Part shown: piece after piece, positions 11,301 to 24,724 of the stretch
Numbering within the stretch: position 1 is the first letter of the stretch
How the letters are laid out: every line of letters starts with the position of its first letter
NCBI RefSeq assembly: GCF_000281045.1
Contig: NW_008246070.1
Location: forward strand, 524,954-588,953
Direction: 5' to 3'
DNA: 64,000 nt
From: Saprolegnia diclina VS20
Taxonomy: Eukaryota
Notes under the pieces: generated by a model
Database searches by the model: none
What the model was told of the DNA's origin: nothing
What the model saw: only the letters and a program-made list of their open reading frames with translations
Position numbers and translations under genes: made by a program

Positions 11301-14300
11301 GGCGTCAACGAGGAAGCCTTTTTGACCATCTTACCCGACAACCTCCAGCACGAGATCCTCACGTTTCTGCACGCGCAGACGTTTGAGCGCATGGCGATCT
11401 TTGACGGCGTCAGCGACGAGTGCAAGCAGATCATTGCCACGATCATTCGCCATGAGACGTACCAAGCGGGCGACGTCATTGCCCACCAAGGCGACATGGG
11501 CGCCGACCTGTACGTCGTCCGGAATGGCACGGTCGAAGTCTTTGAGAAGACGACGCCGATCCAAGTGCTCCATGCCGGCGCGTGCTTTGGCGAGGCCAAC
11601 TTTGTGCTCGAGATTCCATATGCGATGAGCATTCGCGCCATGACAGCGACCGAACTCAGCGTCTTGCGCCGCCACGAGTTTGAGCAAATCATCAAGTTTT
11701 ACCCCGAAGAGTGGGAAATCATCTACGAACAAGGCATCGAAGTCCACGAGAGTGTGGACGCGGCGTGGTCAACGATCAAGGCGAATCTGACTCGCGACAA
11801 GATTGTGCGTTCTCTCTACTTAGACCGAGATCATGCAGCTCACGACCACATGTGGTATCTAGGTGAGCTTTGCGAAAAGCACGACAACGCTCTTTGTGAT
11901 GCCACCGCGCGACGCCGGCGTCATCCCGCCGCAGAGCCGCGTTCGGCGCGTCTGGGAAGCCGTCGTCGTGCTCCTCATGGTCTACAACGCGGTCCAAATC
12001 ATCTTTCGAATCTCGTTCCTCCGGCGCCCAAGCGACGCGGCGCACACGCTCTTGACGGCTCTCGACTACCTCTGCGACGTCATCTTCCTCGTCGACATCT
12101 ACCTCAAGTACAACCACTTCACATACGACAATGAGAGTGGCGGGAACCTCTCCCGGTCCGAGAGCCGACAGCACTATCGCTCGCACTACCTTGTGTACGA
12201 TGTCGCGGCGAGTGCCCCTATTTACTATGTCGGCGACCCGTTCACGATGACGCTGTGTCGCCTGCCGCGGCTCCTCCGGTGTCTGCAGCTACCCGAGCTC
12301 ATCGACGCGATCCAGCTCGGACTCCAAGAGCGATTCGTCTCAGCGCGCGTCACGGCCGGGCTCCGCCTCTCAAGGCTGCTCTTGATCCTGACGATCTTTG
12401 CGCACTATACCGGCGCCTTCTTCTTCATCATCTCGAGCCCTGATGGGTATCTTCCGCACACGGAGGACTTGCTGCTGGAGAACGAGGTCATGGAGTGGCA
12501 CCTCAAAGACCCTATTATCAAAGAGTATCCTGGCAACGCGCTCGTCGTGTACTTGCGCACGCTGTACTGGGCAGTCACGGCCGTACGTTCACATTCTGAG
12601 TCTGAGTCTGATTCTGATTGCAGGTCACGGCGACGGACTACCGCGACATTGATCCGATCACGAATATTCCGACGTACTACACGTCGATCACGTGCTTTGC
12701 AGGCTTCTTCTTTGTCGGCCAAGTGATTGGGCGACTCACGTCGATCATTGCCAACATGGACAAGGTTGGTCCACGAGCCATTTTCAAATGTGTCTCATCG
12801 CTCTTCGATTACTAGGAAGCCCACGAATTTGAGCTGCGCATCGACAACTACAACGAGTATGGCCGATCGCAGAAGCTGCCCAAGTTTCTCCTCGAGCGCG
12901 GCCACGAGTACTTTGAGTTTCAGTTTGAGTGCACCCGTGGCATGGAGGCCGATACCATCTTTGCGGACCTTCCGCATTCGCTCCGACTCAAGCTGTACTT
13001 TGATTTATACGGAAAACGACTCCGCGAGATTTCTCTTTTCCTCTCGTTCGACGCTGGTATCCATGTGCCTGTCTCACCACGCTAACGTCCACGTCGTAGC
13101 ATCGTTGGCAGCGATTGCCGAGCGCCTCTTCCCCGTGCTCTATTTGCCCCACGACAATATTCTCGTCGAGGGCGGCACTGGCGTCTCGCTCTTCATCATG
13201 AACCAAGGTCGCGCCGAGCAGTACGTGCGTGCGTGCAACCTCGTGGTCGCGGCCGTGCCCGAGGGCTGCCTCTTTGGCGAAGTCGCCTTCTTCATGCCCG
13301 ACCTCACGCACCTCACCTCCGTGCGCGCGTCAACGTGCTGCGAGGTCTTCCGACTCGAGCGCGCCGACTGGCTCGCTCTCTGGCCCGACGATCGCCGCAG
13401 CGAACTCGAGGCCGAGATCAGCCCGCAACTCGTTGCGAAGCACGAGTACCTCAAGGTCGCCCTCACCAATATCTTGACCAACTTGACGTACGTGGATGGC
13501 GTCTCGAGCCCCAACCAAAAGGCGCGCAAGCACATGATGAGCAACAACCTCCGCCGGCTCTCGTCGTACGGCCAGCGCCGGCTCAACGTCATGCGCACGA
13601 CGCTGCACACGCTGCGGTTTAAAAAATCCAACACCAGTCGCGTGCTGCCAGTGGCGAACGATGCCGAGCCCAATGATGTTGGACCCGAACGCCGTCTGAG
13701 TCGCCAGAAAGTAAAAGGCCGGAGCTTCCGCGAGCGCAGCATGAGCGTCATCCAGCAAAAGATCCAGGCCGTGAAAACCACGAGCGAGCTCCGGAAAAAG
13801 CTGATTGCCGACCAGCGCCGGCGGGAGCAGCGCACGGCCGTGATCATGCGCAGTCTCACGCGCCAGGAGGAGGACATGGACGACTTGGACGAAGACGAGC
13901 TCGACGACGACGACGACGAGAACGACGACGAGGCAAACCACCAGGCGACGAACAACCATGGTGCAAGCACAGGACGTGTGGTCGACGCTGGCCTGGTCAT
14001 GCACCGCAGCTCGTGGGTCGAGTCGCGTGATAAGGTGCTTGAAGTCGGCTCGACACCAGAGGTGACGCCACGCATCGAAGACATTTTGTCCGACAAGCGC
14101 CAAACGAGCGGACACTTTGACCACCTCGACGTGCTTCGCCGGGCTTCGCTGCGGCTCCAGACACCGATCAAGGGGTCCGAGGCGGCGCGCATCTCGATCT
14201 GGGCCGAAGTCAAGATGCCGCCGTGGTGGACACATCCGCACTCGACGTTTCGCGCGTCATGGGACCAACTGCTTTTCGGTATCACGCTCTATTACGCAAT

Positions 14301-16324
14301 CGCGCTCCCGCTGCGCGCGTGCTTTGTGCACGGCGTCCTCCTCCACGACGTGCATGGCGTCGACACGTGGATATACACCGAGTACCTCTTGGATGTCCTC
14401 AGCCTCATCGACGTTGTTTTGCGCTGGGGCTATTTCTGCCGCATGATTCGCGGCGAGCTCGAGTCCGACCCGACCTTGCTTCGCGCCGAGTACTTTCACA
14501 AGGACGGGTATGTATATGACGTGATCGCTGCCGTCCCCTTTGAGCTCTTTGCGCTCGTGATTCCGTCGAGCGTCTGGGGCGACGCGTATCCGCTCGTGCA
14601 TTCGGTGTCGCTCCTCCGGCTCAACAAGCTCGCGCGGCTTGTGCACGTGCCTGCTTACAGCACCAAAGCCCGCGAGCTCCTCACACTGCGCTTCAAGTCG
14701 ATCTCGTGGCTCGGCCTCTTTCTTTCGTTTCTCAACATTTGGGGCATCTTCCTTCTCTGCGGGCACTGGATCGCGTGCATTTGGTACTACGTGAGTCTCC
14801 ATAGCTCGTTGACTTCGCCGTCGACGCTCGTGTCCGCCGGCCACGTCTCGTTCGCAGAGCCATTGAGCGTCGCGTACCTCCGGACCTACTACTTTGCGGC
14901 AACGACGCTCACGTCGGTGGCGTTCGGCGACTCGCGCGCGACGACACTGATGGAGACCATCGTGACCATTGGCCTCGTCTTTGTCGGCTTGCTCGCATAC
15001 GGCATTCTCACCGGCGGCCTCTCGGAGATTTTCGAGGAAGAGTTCAAAAACTTGGTCAAATTCGAAGACCACCTCGGCGTCGTCTCGACGTTCCTCGTGC
15101 ACCGGCAGTTTCCGCGGCCTGTGATCCTCCAGATCATGGAGTACTTTCGCATGCTCTGGGAGCGCAGCGAGGGCATTGTCGAGAACAAAGCCCTCGCGCC
15201 GCTCTCGAGCGCGATCCGCGAGGACATTGCGGTGTACGTCAAGCGCGATTTGATCACCAAGGTCCAGCTCTTTGCCGAGTGCGACCAGGACTTTACGCGC
15301 GCGATCGTCGCTATGCTCCAAGCCGAGTTTTACGTTGCCAAAGACGTCATCATCCGCGAAGGTAATTTTGGCTGAGGTCCATCACCTTATATCGTTGATA
15401 GGGGACTACGAACGGTCCATGTACTTTATTCACATGGGCTTCATCCTCGTGACCAACAACGCCAAGAGCTATGAAGTTGTCAAGCAGAAAGGCGACTACT
15501 TTGGCGAGCGCAGTCTCTTGCACAACACGCCGCGGAGTGCAACGTGCTCGGCGATCTCCAACTGCGAAATGTACATTCTCGAACACAGCGCGTACGAGTA
15601 TACGCTCGAGCGCTTCCCGGAATACCGCGCGCGGAACCTCAAGAACTGGTGCTCGGTGCCGCTCCTGCCAACGACGCAGTCGATGACGTCGGTGCAGGAC
15701 GACGAGAGCGAGACTGTCGGGCCCTCGTCGGCCATGCTGCCCGAAATGGCGTCGGTCGCGGAAGAGCCGCTGTCGTCGCCCAAGCAATCCGAGCACGAAG
15801 AGGTCGACCCGAACGAGAAGATCCGCCGCCTCTCCAACATTAGCCAACTGCACTCGTTCTCTCGGCGCCCCATGTACCATGATGGGACCCCAATATCAGT
15901 CATGACCCGCGCACCGTCACTCAAGAAGCTCGTACACGCAGCAAGCCACTTGGACCTCGTGTCCGAGGTGCCCGAGGAGAGCATGCCTCGGTCGTCGTCG
16001 GCCGCAACACTCGTGACGCGGCAGGGGCTGCCACGATATGGCAGTCGCAGTCAAAGTCCAAAGAACAGCGGGTGGTCGCAGTCGCCGCCGCCTGAAGCTG
16101 AGAGCCACGACCGGCCCATGACGCCGATCGAGCCGATGCTCGGCGCAACGTCGTCGAACGGTGTGGTGCGCGTCAACGCTGCGGCCGCGGCTCGTCACTT
16201 GCTACGGAGCCGCACCGAGCCCCGACTGATTGGACAAACGCGCCCGCGGCAGCTCCAGCGGTCGTCGACCGACTCGAACATTGCATTTGCCGATCGGCGT
16301 AGTCGACACCTCTTGCGTAAATAA
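8347..16324 (+). CDS. Four-repeat cyclic-nucleotide-binding-domain ion channel (4x[S1-S6, C-linker, CNBD]), channel A
   Basis: Four S4-like segments (ARIPKLLRL, RLFRLLRLVRLR, CRLPRLLRC, LRLNKLARL), four pore-loop-like motifs and four CNBDs (FGE motifs), joined through short GT-AG introns. Confidence 0.88.
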
Positions 16325-16348
16325 AGTAGCGTATTTATTCTTTCGCAA

Positions 16349-17884
16349 CTAGACGACGTGGTTCTTGACGAGGAGCGTCGGCATCGGCAGCTTGTCTTGG
16401 AGCGGCTTGAGCACCGATGCCGACTGGTTCTTTGCATACGAGTAGAAGAGGACGCCGAGGACAACGACGCACGTGGCGACGCCGCGTTTGGCGTCAAAGC
16501 ACTGCGACTCTTGGTGGCTAAATGAGGAGGGATTCGTCCAGACCCTTCAAGGTAACGAGATGTACCTGCAGTAGAGAAGCGAGCTCAAAGCAAAGACACA
16601 GACGGCGCGAAGACTCTATACATCCGAGGTCAGTGCATGGCAAGATAGGAAGAATCATCTACCTGCATGATGCCGGTCGTGACGGCGCCGCAGGAGCCCA
16701 GCATCATGAAGTACGTCAAGCCGTGCGCGAGCTGCGACATGGTGTACCAAAAGAGCGCCGCAAGGATGTGCTACGTGCACAGATCGTACTCGTCTGGGCG
16801 GAAGAGAGCAAAACGTACGACGGGGTTGCCGTTGGCGTCCATGACGGGCTTGGTGATCATGTGGTTCCACTGCGGCAACACAAAGAACATTTGGTACACT
16901 GAGATCATCGAGACGCAGATGATGCCCATGCGGAGGCAGAGCACCTTGGGCTCGGGTCGCTCGGGCAGCTTGAGCATGTACTCGCCAGCAACTACGCGCT
17001 TCGTCAACAAGATATGCGGCAGTGGAAGTACGAACCATAGTTGCCACCGTAAAAACCAGCGGCAATGAGCGTGTTGACGCAGCCCATGAGCACGACGCCC
17101 GCATTGCCTAATGCAGCAACAGAATCAATCAAGGACACTGTGAAAAGGAAGATCGTACGGCCGCCATTCGACTGCCCGAGCGCCGAGAAGGCGAGGCCGA
17201 ACGTGACCGTGGCGATGCCCAGCCATTCGTTCTAGCATTTTCGAGTTGAGAAGACAAGGGCGATACAAGAGGATCGTACGCGGCCCACGTGCTTGCCGAG
17301 AAACGCCTTCGAAAGGAGCGCCGACCAGCACACGACGGACGAGTAGACCACTTGGTAGACGCCGCTGCCGGCCATCGAGAGACCAATGTTGGCAAAGATG
17401 CAGCCGGCAAAGTCGAGGAAGACGTTGAGGAGCAGCATCGCATGCACGAGCGGGAGCGCGCCGTTCAAGTACCCGCGGTGGCCGCCCTTGGTCGGCTTCT
17501 CGACCATAGCGACGACGTCCGGGAGGTGGACGTCCGTGGGCTGGCGGCGCGTGAGCTCGGCCGCTTCGCGGCTCTTGGGTGCGTCGATGGGTTCGTCGAG
17601 CGTCGTGACGTCATCGTCGTGCTTCTTGCCGAGGGCTTCGGTCGCCGGCGCCTCGGAAGGCGGCGTTGGGATCACGCCCACGAGCATCATGCCAAGGTAG
17701 TTGCAGAGCGGAAGTAGCATCGCCTTTTGCGCTACGACAGTACATGAGCCTCGTGCCATCGTGCCAAGGCCGTACCGCCGGCGCCCTGGTAGAAGATGAA
17801 CTGGGCCGCGCAGGTCGAGAAGACGCCCGTGAAGAGGAAGACGGCTTGCACGCAGAGGAGGCCGTAGCCGGACGAGCTCTTCAT
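16349..17884 (-). CDS. Drug/metabolite transporter superfamily (SLC35-like) membrane protein, multi-exon
   Basis: Multiple TM segments: LLLNVFLDFAGCIFANIGLSMAGSGVYQVVYSSVVCWSALLSKAFL and C-terminal GVATCVVVLGVLFYSY; ATG at 17884, TAG at 16349-16351. Confidence 0.8.
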
Positions 17885-18338
17885 GCTGGAATGGGGTCGA
17901 TTGCAACGTGTCAGTGGCGGCGCTGGCAACGTCGCGTATTTTAATCATTGAACCCACGCGTCGCGATATATATTTGCAGTCAAAATAAAACCAGCTGCAT
18001 TAAATGAACCGCCGGTCCTGTCTATCCGGTCCTCTGCCACCACGAACTCAGATCTGAGAGCACGAGCAGACGCAGCCGCCATGCACGTCGCTGCTGCCGG
18101 CGGACACGACCTCTTGCGAGCGACCATTGCCAAAGATGACCTGCCTCGACCATTGCCGCTAGGCTGCGAGATGCGTGGTGGCCATCGTGGGTGCGCTCGG
18201 ACGCCCAGCAGCCAGCCACGTCATGAGCCAGAAATTTCAGCCGCGTCGACCAAGCCGATACCAAGGCACGAAAGAACGATCGTTGGTAGAGACCTTGCAT
18301 TACAAGCGTCCTACGCGTGTCGTTCATTACCTCGTGGC

Positions 18339-18902
18339 CTAGTGGGGGCTTGTGGTCGACGCGCAAGCATCGAGATAGCTCTCGGTGGCGGCCAGCGACG
18401 GGAGGCGGAGGACTTGCAAGTGCGCGTGAGCGGCAAACGCATTGGGCCAATACACGGTGCGCCGCTGATGGTACTTGCGTATCAGGTGGTGGAAGAGCGA
18501 CTCGCTTGACCAGAGCTTCAAGTGCTCCCAAAGGCCCTCTCTGTTGGTGCCCCAGAGAAGCTCTTGGGTCCACCACCGCGTGAGCGTGCGCTTCACAAGG
18601 CGAATGAAATGCAAGTAGAACGGGTAGTCGAGGTAGATGACAGTGGTCGCGCGGCCCAGTACGAGATCGTGTGCAGCGCTGCAGCAGCCCGCGACGACCC
18701 ATGCGTCGCCCGACGTTGCTGCGTCCATGCGCTGGACGTACTCGGGCGTCGGGACAGGCGTCCATGCCGGCGCCCAAAAGAGCGCGTCCGACTCGACAAA
18801 CGGCACCCCCCGCGCCGCCGCCAAGGCTGCGCCGAGCGTCGACTTGCCGGCGCACGTCATCCCGAGCACGACGATGCGGTCGCCCATGCGTTCCGAGGTC
18901 AT
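18339..18902 (-). CDS. Bacterial-type adenylate-kinase-like P-loop NTPase (FlaR/topology-modulation-like family), intronless
   Basis: RIVVLGMTCAGKSTL (Walker A), ESDALFWAPAW, ATTVIYLDYP, ELLWGTNRE and LQVLRLPS match a widespread bacterial AK-like family as I recall it. Confidence 0.85.
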   Translation of the reverse strand: MTSERMGDRIVVLGMTCAGKSTLGAALAAARGVPFVESDALFWAPAWTPVPTPEYVQRMDAATSGDAWVVAGCCSAAHDLVLGRATTVIYLDYPFYLHFIRLVKRTLTRWWTQELLWGTNREGLWEHLKLWSSESLFHHLIRKYHQRRTVYWPNAFAAHAHLQVLRLPSLAATESYLDACASTTSPH

Positions 18903-19023
18903 GGCGTTCTTCTTTCTCGCCGCTTCGCGAGTGTTCCAGCTTGAGCAGTAGCCAAACATTCGGTGGTACGCATCCTCATTATTATACACTGGCCGAACGA
19001 CGACGTATGATGCGTCGATCTCT

Positions 19024-21601
19024 CTAAGCGACCGTGATGGTCGGTTCTGCATCCGGCAAGAGCACGTCAAAGCGGCGGTAGTCGATCACGACGCCGTCGG
19101 GTCGGACGTCGACGCAGTCGTCAAAGTGCATGTCCATGACAAAGTCGTCCCAAAAGTACATTTTGCGCGCATAGACGTTTTCAGTAAACGTCGTGTCCAG
19201 TCCTATTCGTCATTATTTGTGGACAACTTGTCCTCTTCCACAGTAACAATATCGTACCGGTGAAGAGCGTGATGACCGAGACGCGGTAGTTCGAAAAGTC
19301 GGCCGGCGACTGAAACTGGTAGAACGGCGACGCCTCGTCAATGACGTGGATGAGCGTGACGGGAATGCGGATCGAGGGCCACTCGGGGCTGATGAGCGGC
19401 ACGTCCTGCATTTGCCGCAGCCCCGTCTTGGAATTTGTGAGGTTGACGCCGAGCCTAGTCCAAGGGATTAAACTCAAGTCGCAACGGCGCAAGGAGACCG
19501 GAACGAGCCCTCGCGGATGTCGCCGTGGTGCCGCGTGTTGGCGGCGCGGAGCACGAGCACGCGCTGGCCGTGGATCGTCGTGATAGCAATGTGCTTGGAA
19601 AAGTGAATGTGGGCGCGGGGCCGCGCAAACTTGGACCACGCAATGCCTATTTGCTTCTTCAGTATCAACTTGATACAGATTTAGAAATACCGGTGAAAAT
19701 CGTGGTAAAGATGAGCCCAAACGACGATTCGAGGGCCACGAAAAAGTTGTTGATCTTCGAGTCGGGCTGCGGCCCAATGACACCGTACCCGATCGTCGCG
19801 AGCGTCTGTGCGCTGAGGTACAAGCACACTTCAAAGGGCGAGCTGGCCGCCGCGATGCTCGGGGTGACCAAGACGCCGTTAAACTAGACATTCGAGCAGT
19901 CATCATATCAGTTTCCGAGACAATATGACGTACGTCAATGAGGTAGAGACCCGCAAACGCGACGTTCATGACGACAAAGCCCACGACAATGAGCGCAATG
20001 ATGCGCGGCCACTTCATGTGCAGCGCGCTGTAGTAGAAGCTCTGGAACGAGTACGAGAAGGGCACGTGCAGCGGCGAGACGCGAAGGAAGCGCGGCGTGT
20101 TGGGAATCTCGACCGAGTGCACACTAGAGGCGTCGGAGAAATCGAGATCTCTCTCGTCATCGTCGTCATCGTCCTCGTCGTCCTCTTCGTCATGGGGCTC
20201 AGCATGGCTGTTGGTGGTCGTGTGGGCCCAGAGAAGGCCGGACGTCGAGTCGGTCGCCGCCATCGTGTCGCCCGCGACCTGGTGCTGGAGCAGCTGCCAT
20301 TGCTCGACCGGCATGGACGCCCCATGATGCGACGGCTGGCGACGCCGGGGCTTGGTCACGCGCTGCGTCCCGACGTCGCGCTGCAACAGCGGCTCAAAGA
20401 GCGGCTCCATATCGGTCGGTCGAAGCGGCTGCCGCAGCCGGCGCGAGCTTCGTTTGTGCGACGACGACGCCCACGCCATGCGCGGCGTCGGACTCAGCAC
20501 CGACCCAAGAGGATGCTGGTGCAGCTTCGTGTTGCTACTTATAGTCGGGACGGGCGACGGGCGAGGCGCGTACTGGGCTGCATAAGAGTCGTCGATCGGG
20601 GCCGAGTGCACTTTGCTGAGCTCGTCAAAGTCGATCGCGACCGCGTCGTCCGAGAAGTGGAGCATCTCCCCAAAGCGGAAGCCCCACTGCAGCATCTCGA
20701 TCGAATAGATTTGGCGCTCCATGACCGTGTCTTGAAGCGTCGAGTCGACGCCCGTCATGCCAACCTGCAGCACAAACTGGGACGCCGCCAGCGTCGACTG
20801 CGTGAGGCCAAAGAGCGGACTCTCTTCGTCAATCACGTGGACGAGCGCGAGGACCATGCGAAACGTAATGACGTTCGACTGCAATAGCGGCAGCTTGTAG
20901 TAGCGCAGCCGCGCGGGGCCCATCTCGTTCTCCTTCTCGATGCGAATGAGCGTAAACGAAAAGGACGCGTCCATGATGACGTCGCGGGCCACGTCTTGGG
21001 ACTGGGTGGCGTTGGCGACGCGCACGACGAGCGCGAGCCGCTCGGTGCCGTACGGGTGCACGACGGCCACTTGGCTGAACGCGATCTTGCCCTTGGGCTT
21101 GGCAAACTTGGCAAACATGAGGCCCGTGAGCGCGGCGATCGAGAGGAGCGACACGAACGCCTCGGCGATCGCGACGTAGTTGGCGCAGCGCTCAACCGGG
21201 AAGAGGATGCCAAACCCGATCGTCGAGAACGTCGTGTACGAGAGGTTAAAGTCGTCGGAAAACGTGGCGGCGTTTCCGCACACGTAGAAGAAGACGACGC
21301 CAAAGGCAAAGATGCTCGCAAAGTACATGGCCGCGAGCGCCGGCATGAGCGTGACCCAGCTCAAGTTGAGGAGGATGTAGATCCCGTCCTTGTACGCCTT
21401 GCGCGGGTTCGCAATCGTCTTGAGCCGCGGAAAGAACTCGCCGCTCGCGCGGATCGCGGCCGACGAAAAGAACGGCGCGCCGGCCTCCTCGTGCACGACG
21501 ACGCCGGGCCAGTCGTGCGCCCACGCTTTGTGCAGCGACGGGTCGACCACCGACGCCTTCGCGACGCCGTTCGTGCGCTGGAACCGCTTCTTGGATGGCA
21601 T
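19024..21601 (-). CDS. Inward-rectifier K+ channel (Kir/IRK) with two tandem Kir domains
   Basis: Domain 1: TTFSTIGFG, FAKFAKP, FSQVAVV, HVIDEESPL. Domain 2: QTLATIGYG, WSKFARP, FSKHIAI, HVIDEASPF. An acidic linker separates them. Confidence 0.9.
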
Positions 21602-21992
21602 CAAGGACGATGAGGCCAGTCGTCGCCAAGTTGCGAGTTACCAGACGGCGGCCAATGAAAACGCCCAGTGCAACCGGACGCAAGGAAGAGAGCTGCCAGT
21701 CGAGCTCTGCAATCGACTCGCTTGGCCAGACGCTCAAGTGACAGTACCCCTTGGGACGCCCACGAGCATCATCTCGACGCCAACGCAAGTGCAACTTCAT
21801 ACAAGGTGACGGGTCCCACCGCGGACGTATGTAATTTGCAATGTATTCCCTACGACTGCTGGCGATGCTAGTACGGTCCCTCGCCCAAATGACGGAGTGA
21901 CAGAAGCTGCAGCCACATCCCTGCGGCCAAGATTGCAAATGCATTTTAAAAATTGATGGCTTCATTAGGAGGTACTCGCAGCGTCGAGGCGC

Positions 21993-24017
<2,025 letters not shown>

Positions 24018-24034
24018 GTTGGTCGTCGAGTCGG

Positions 24035-24048
24035 AACTTGCGAAATGC
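24035..24048 (-). promoter_or_regulatory. Oomycete INR+FPR-like core promoter element
   Basis: GCATTTCGCAAGTT ending about 17 nt upstream of the DBP2 ATG; resembles the oomycete initiator plus flanking-promoter-region motif. Confidence 0.5.
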
Positions 24049-24405
24049 TGGCCAACCGCTGGCCGGGAAATTCGAATCCTGTCTTTGGCTTGGTATTGTC
24101 GCTAAATAGTGTATGAGTGGCGACGTCGTGTGTGGGAGAGGGGCTGCCGCTGCCGGAAAGCGTCGAAATAGTGTGTGAAAAGACCGTGCGCGGTCCATTA
24201 AATTCTTGGTGTTGGAATAAAAATACGACAAATTATTCATTTTATATTTCTTTTATTAACCCTGACAACGAATGTCGCAAACAATCGGGATATTTTATCA
24301 CGTCGCATAATTCGTTGCCGTAATAAAAATATTTGTTTTTAAATATGGTTCTAGAATTGACCGGACGTTTAAACTGTTCAACCTGTTCAACCTGCTTTAC
24401 GGCGC

Positions 24406-24460
24406 TGACTAAACAACTAAATGACTAAAAGTGACTAAACGTGACTAAACGCGACTAAAC
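24406..24460. repeat. Short tandem repeat, about 10-bp unit GTGACTAAAC
   Basis: tgactaaac aactaa atgactaaaa gtgactaaac gtgactaaac gcgactaaac. Confidence 0.85.
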
Positions 24461-24724
24461 ACCAAGACCAAAGCCAGCTGCAGCCCAGACCTCTACGCTC
24501 TAGTACAAAGCATCATCGCGACGAAAGCAGCGCGTCATGGCGGCTGCAGGATACGAGCCGCCTGCCAATGGTGTGGCGACTCGAAACAACTCTTATTGCA
24601 GCATTTTTGGACGAGCAGCGATGGGGCCAAGCGCGGAGGATGGGCACGCGACGCTCGTGGCAGCCCAGCTTGTACGCTTCTTCCATGACTCGGCAGCCGC
24701 ATCACGTAGCTCATTTAGGCACAA

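Noticed and set aside
8347..16324. Apparent frameshifts suggesting pseudogenes in the channel and other genes
   Set aside because: The frame changes I checked are resolved by canonical short GT-AG introns.
24406..24460. CRISPR-like or telomeric repeat array
   Set aside because: Units are 10 bp with no spacers, there are no cas genes, and the unit does not match TTTAGGG/TTAGGG; it is a simple tandem repeat.
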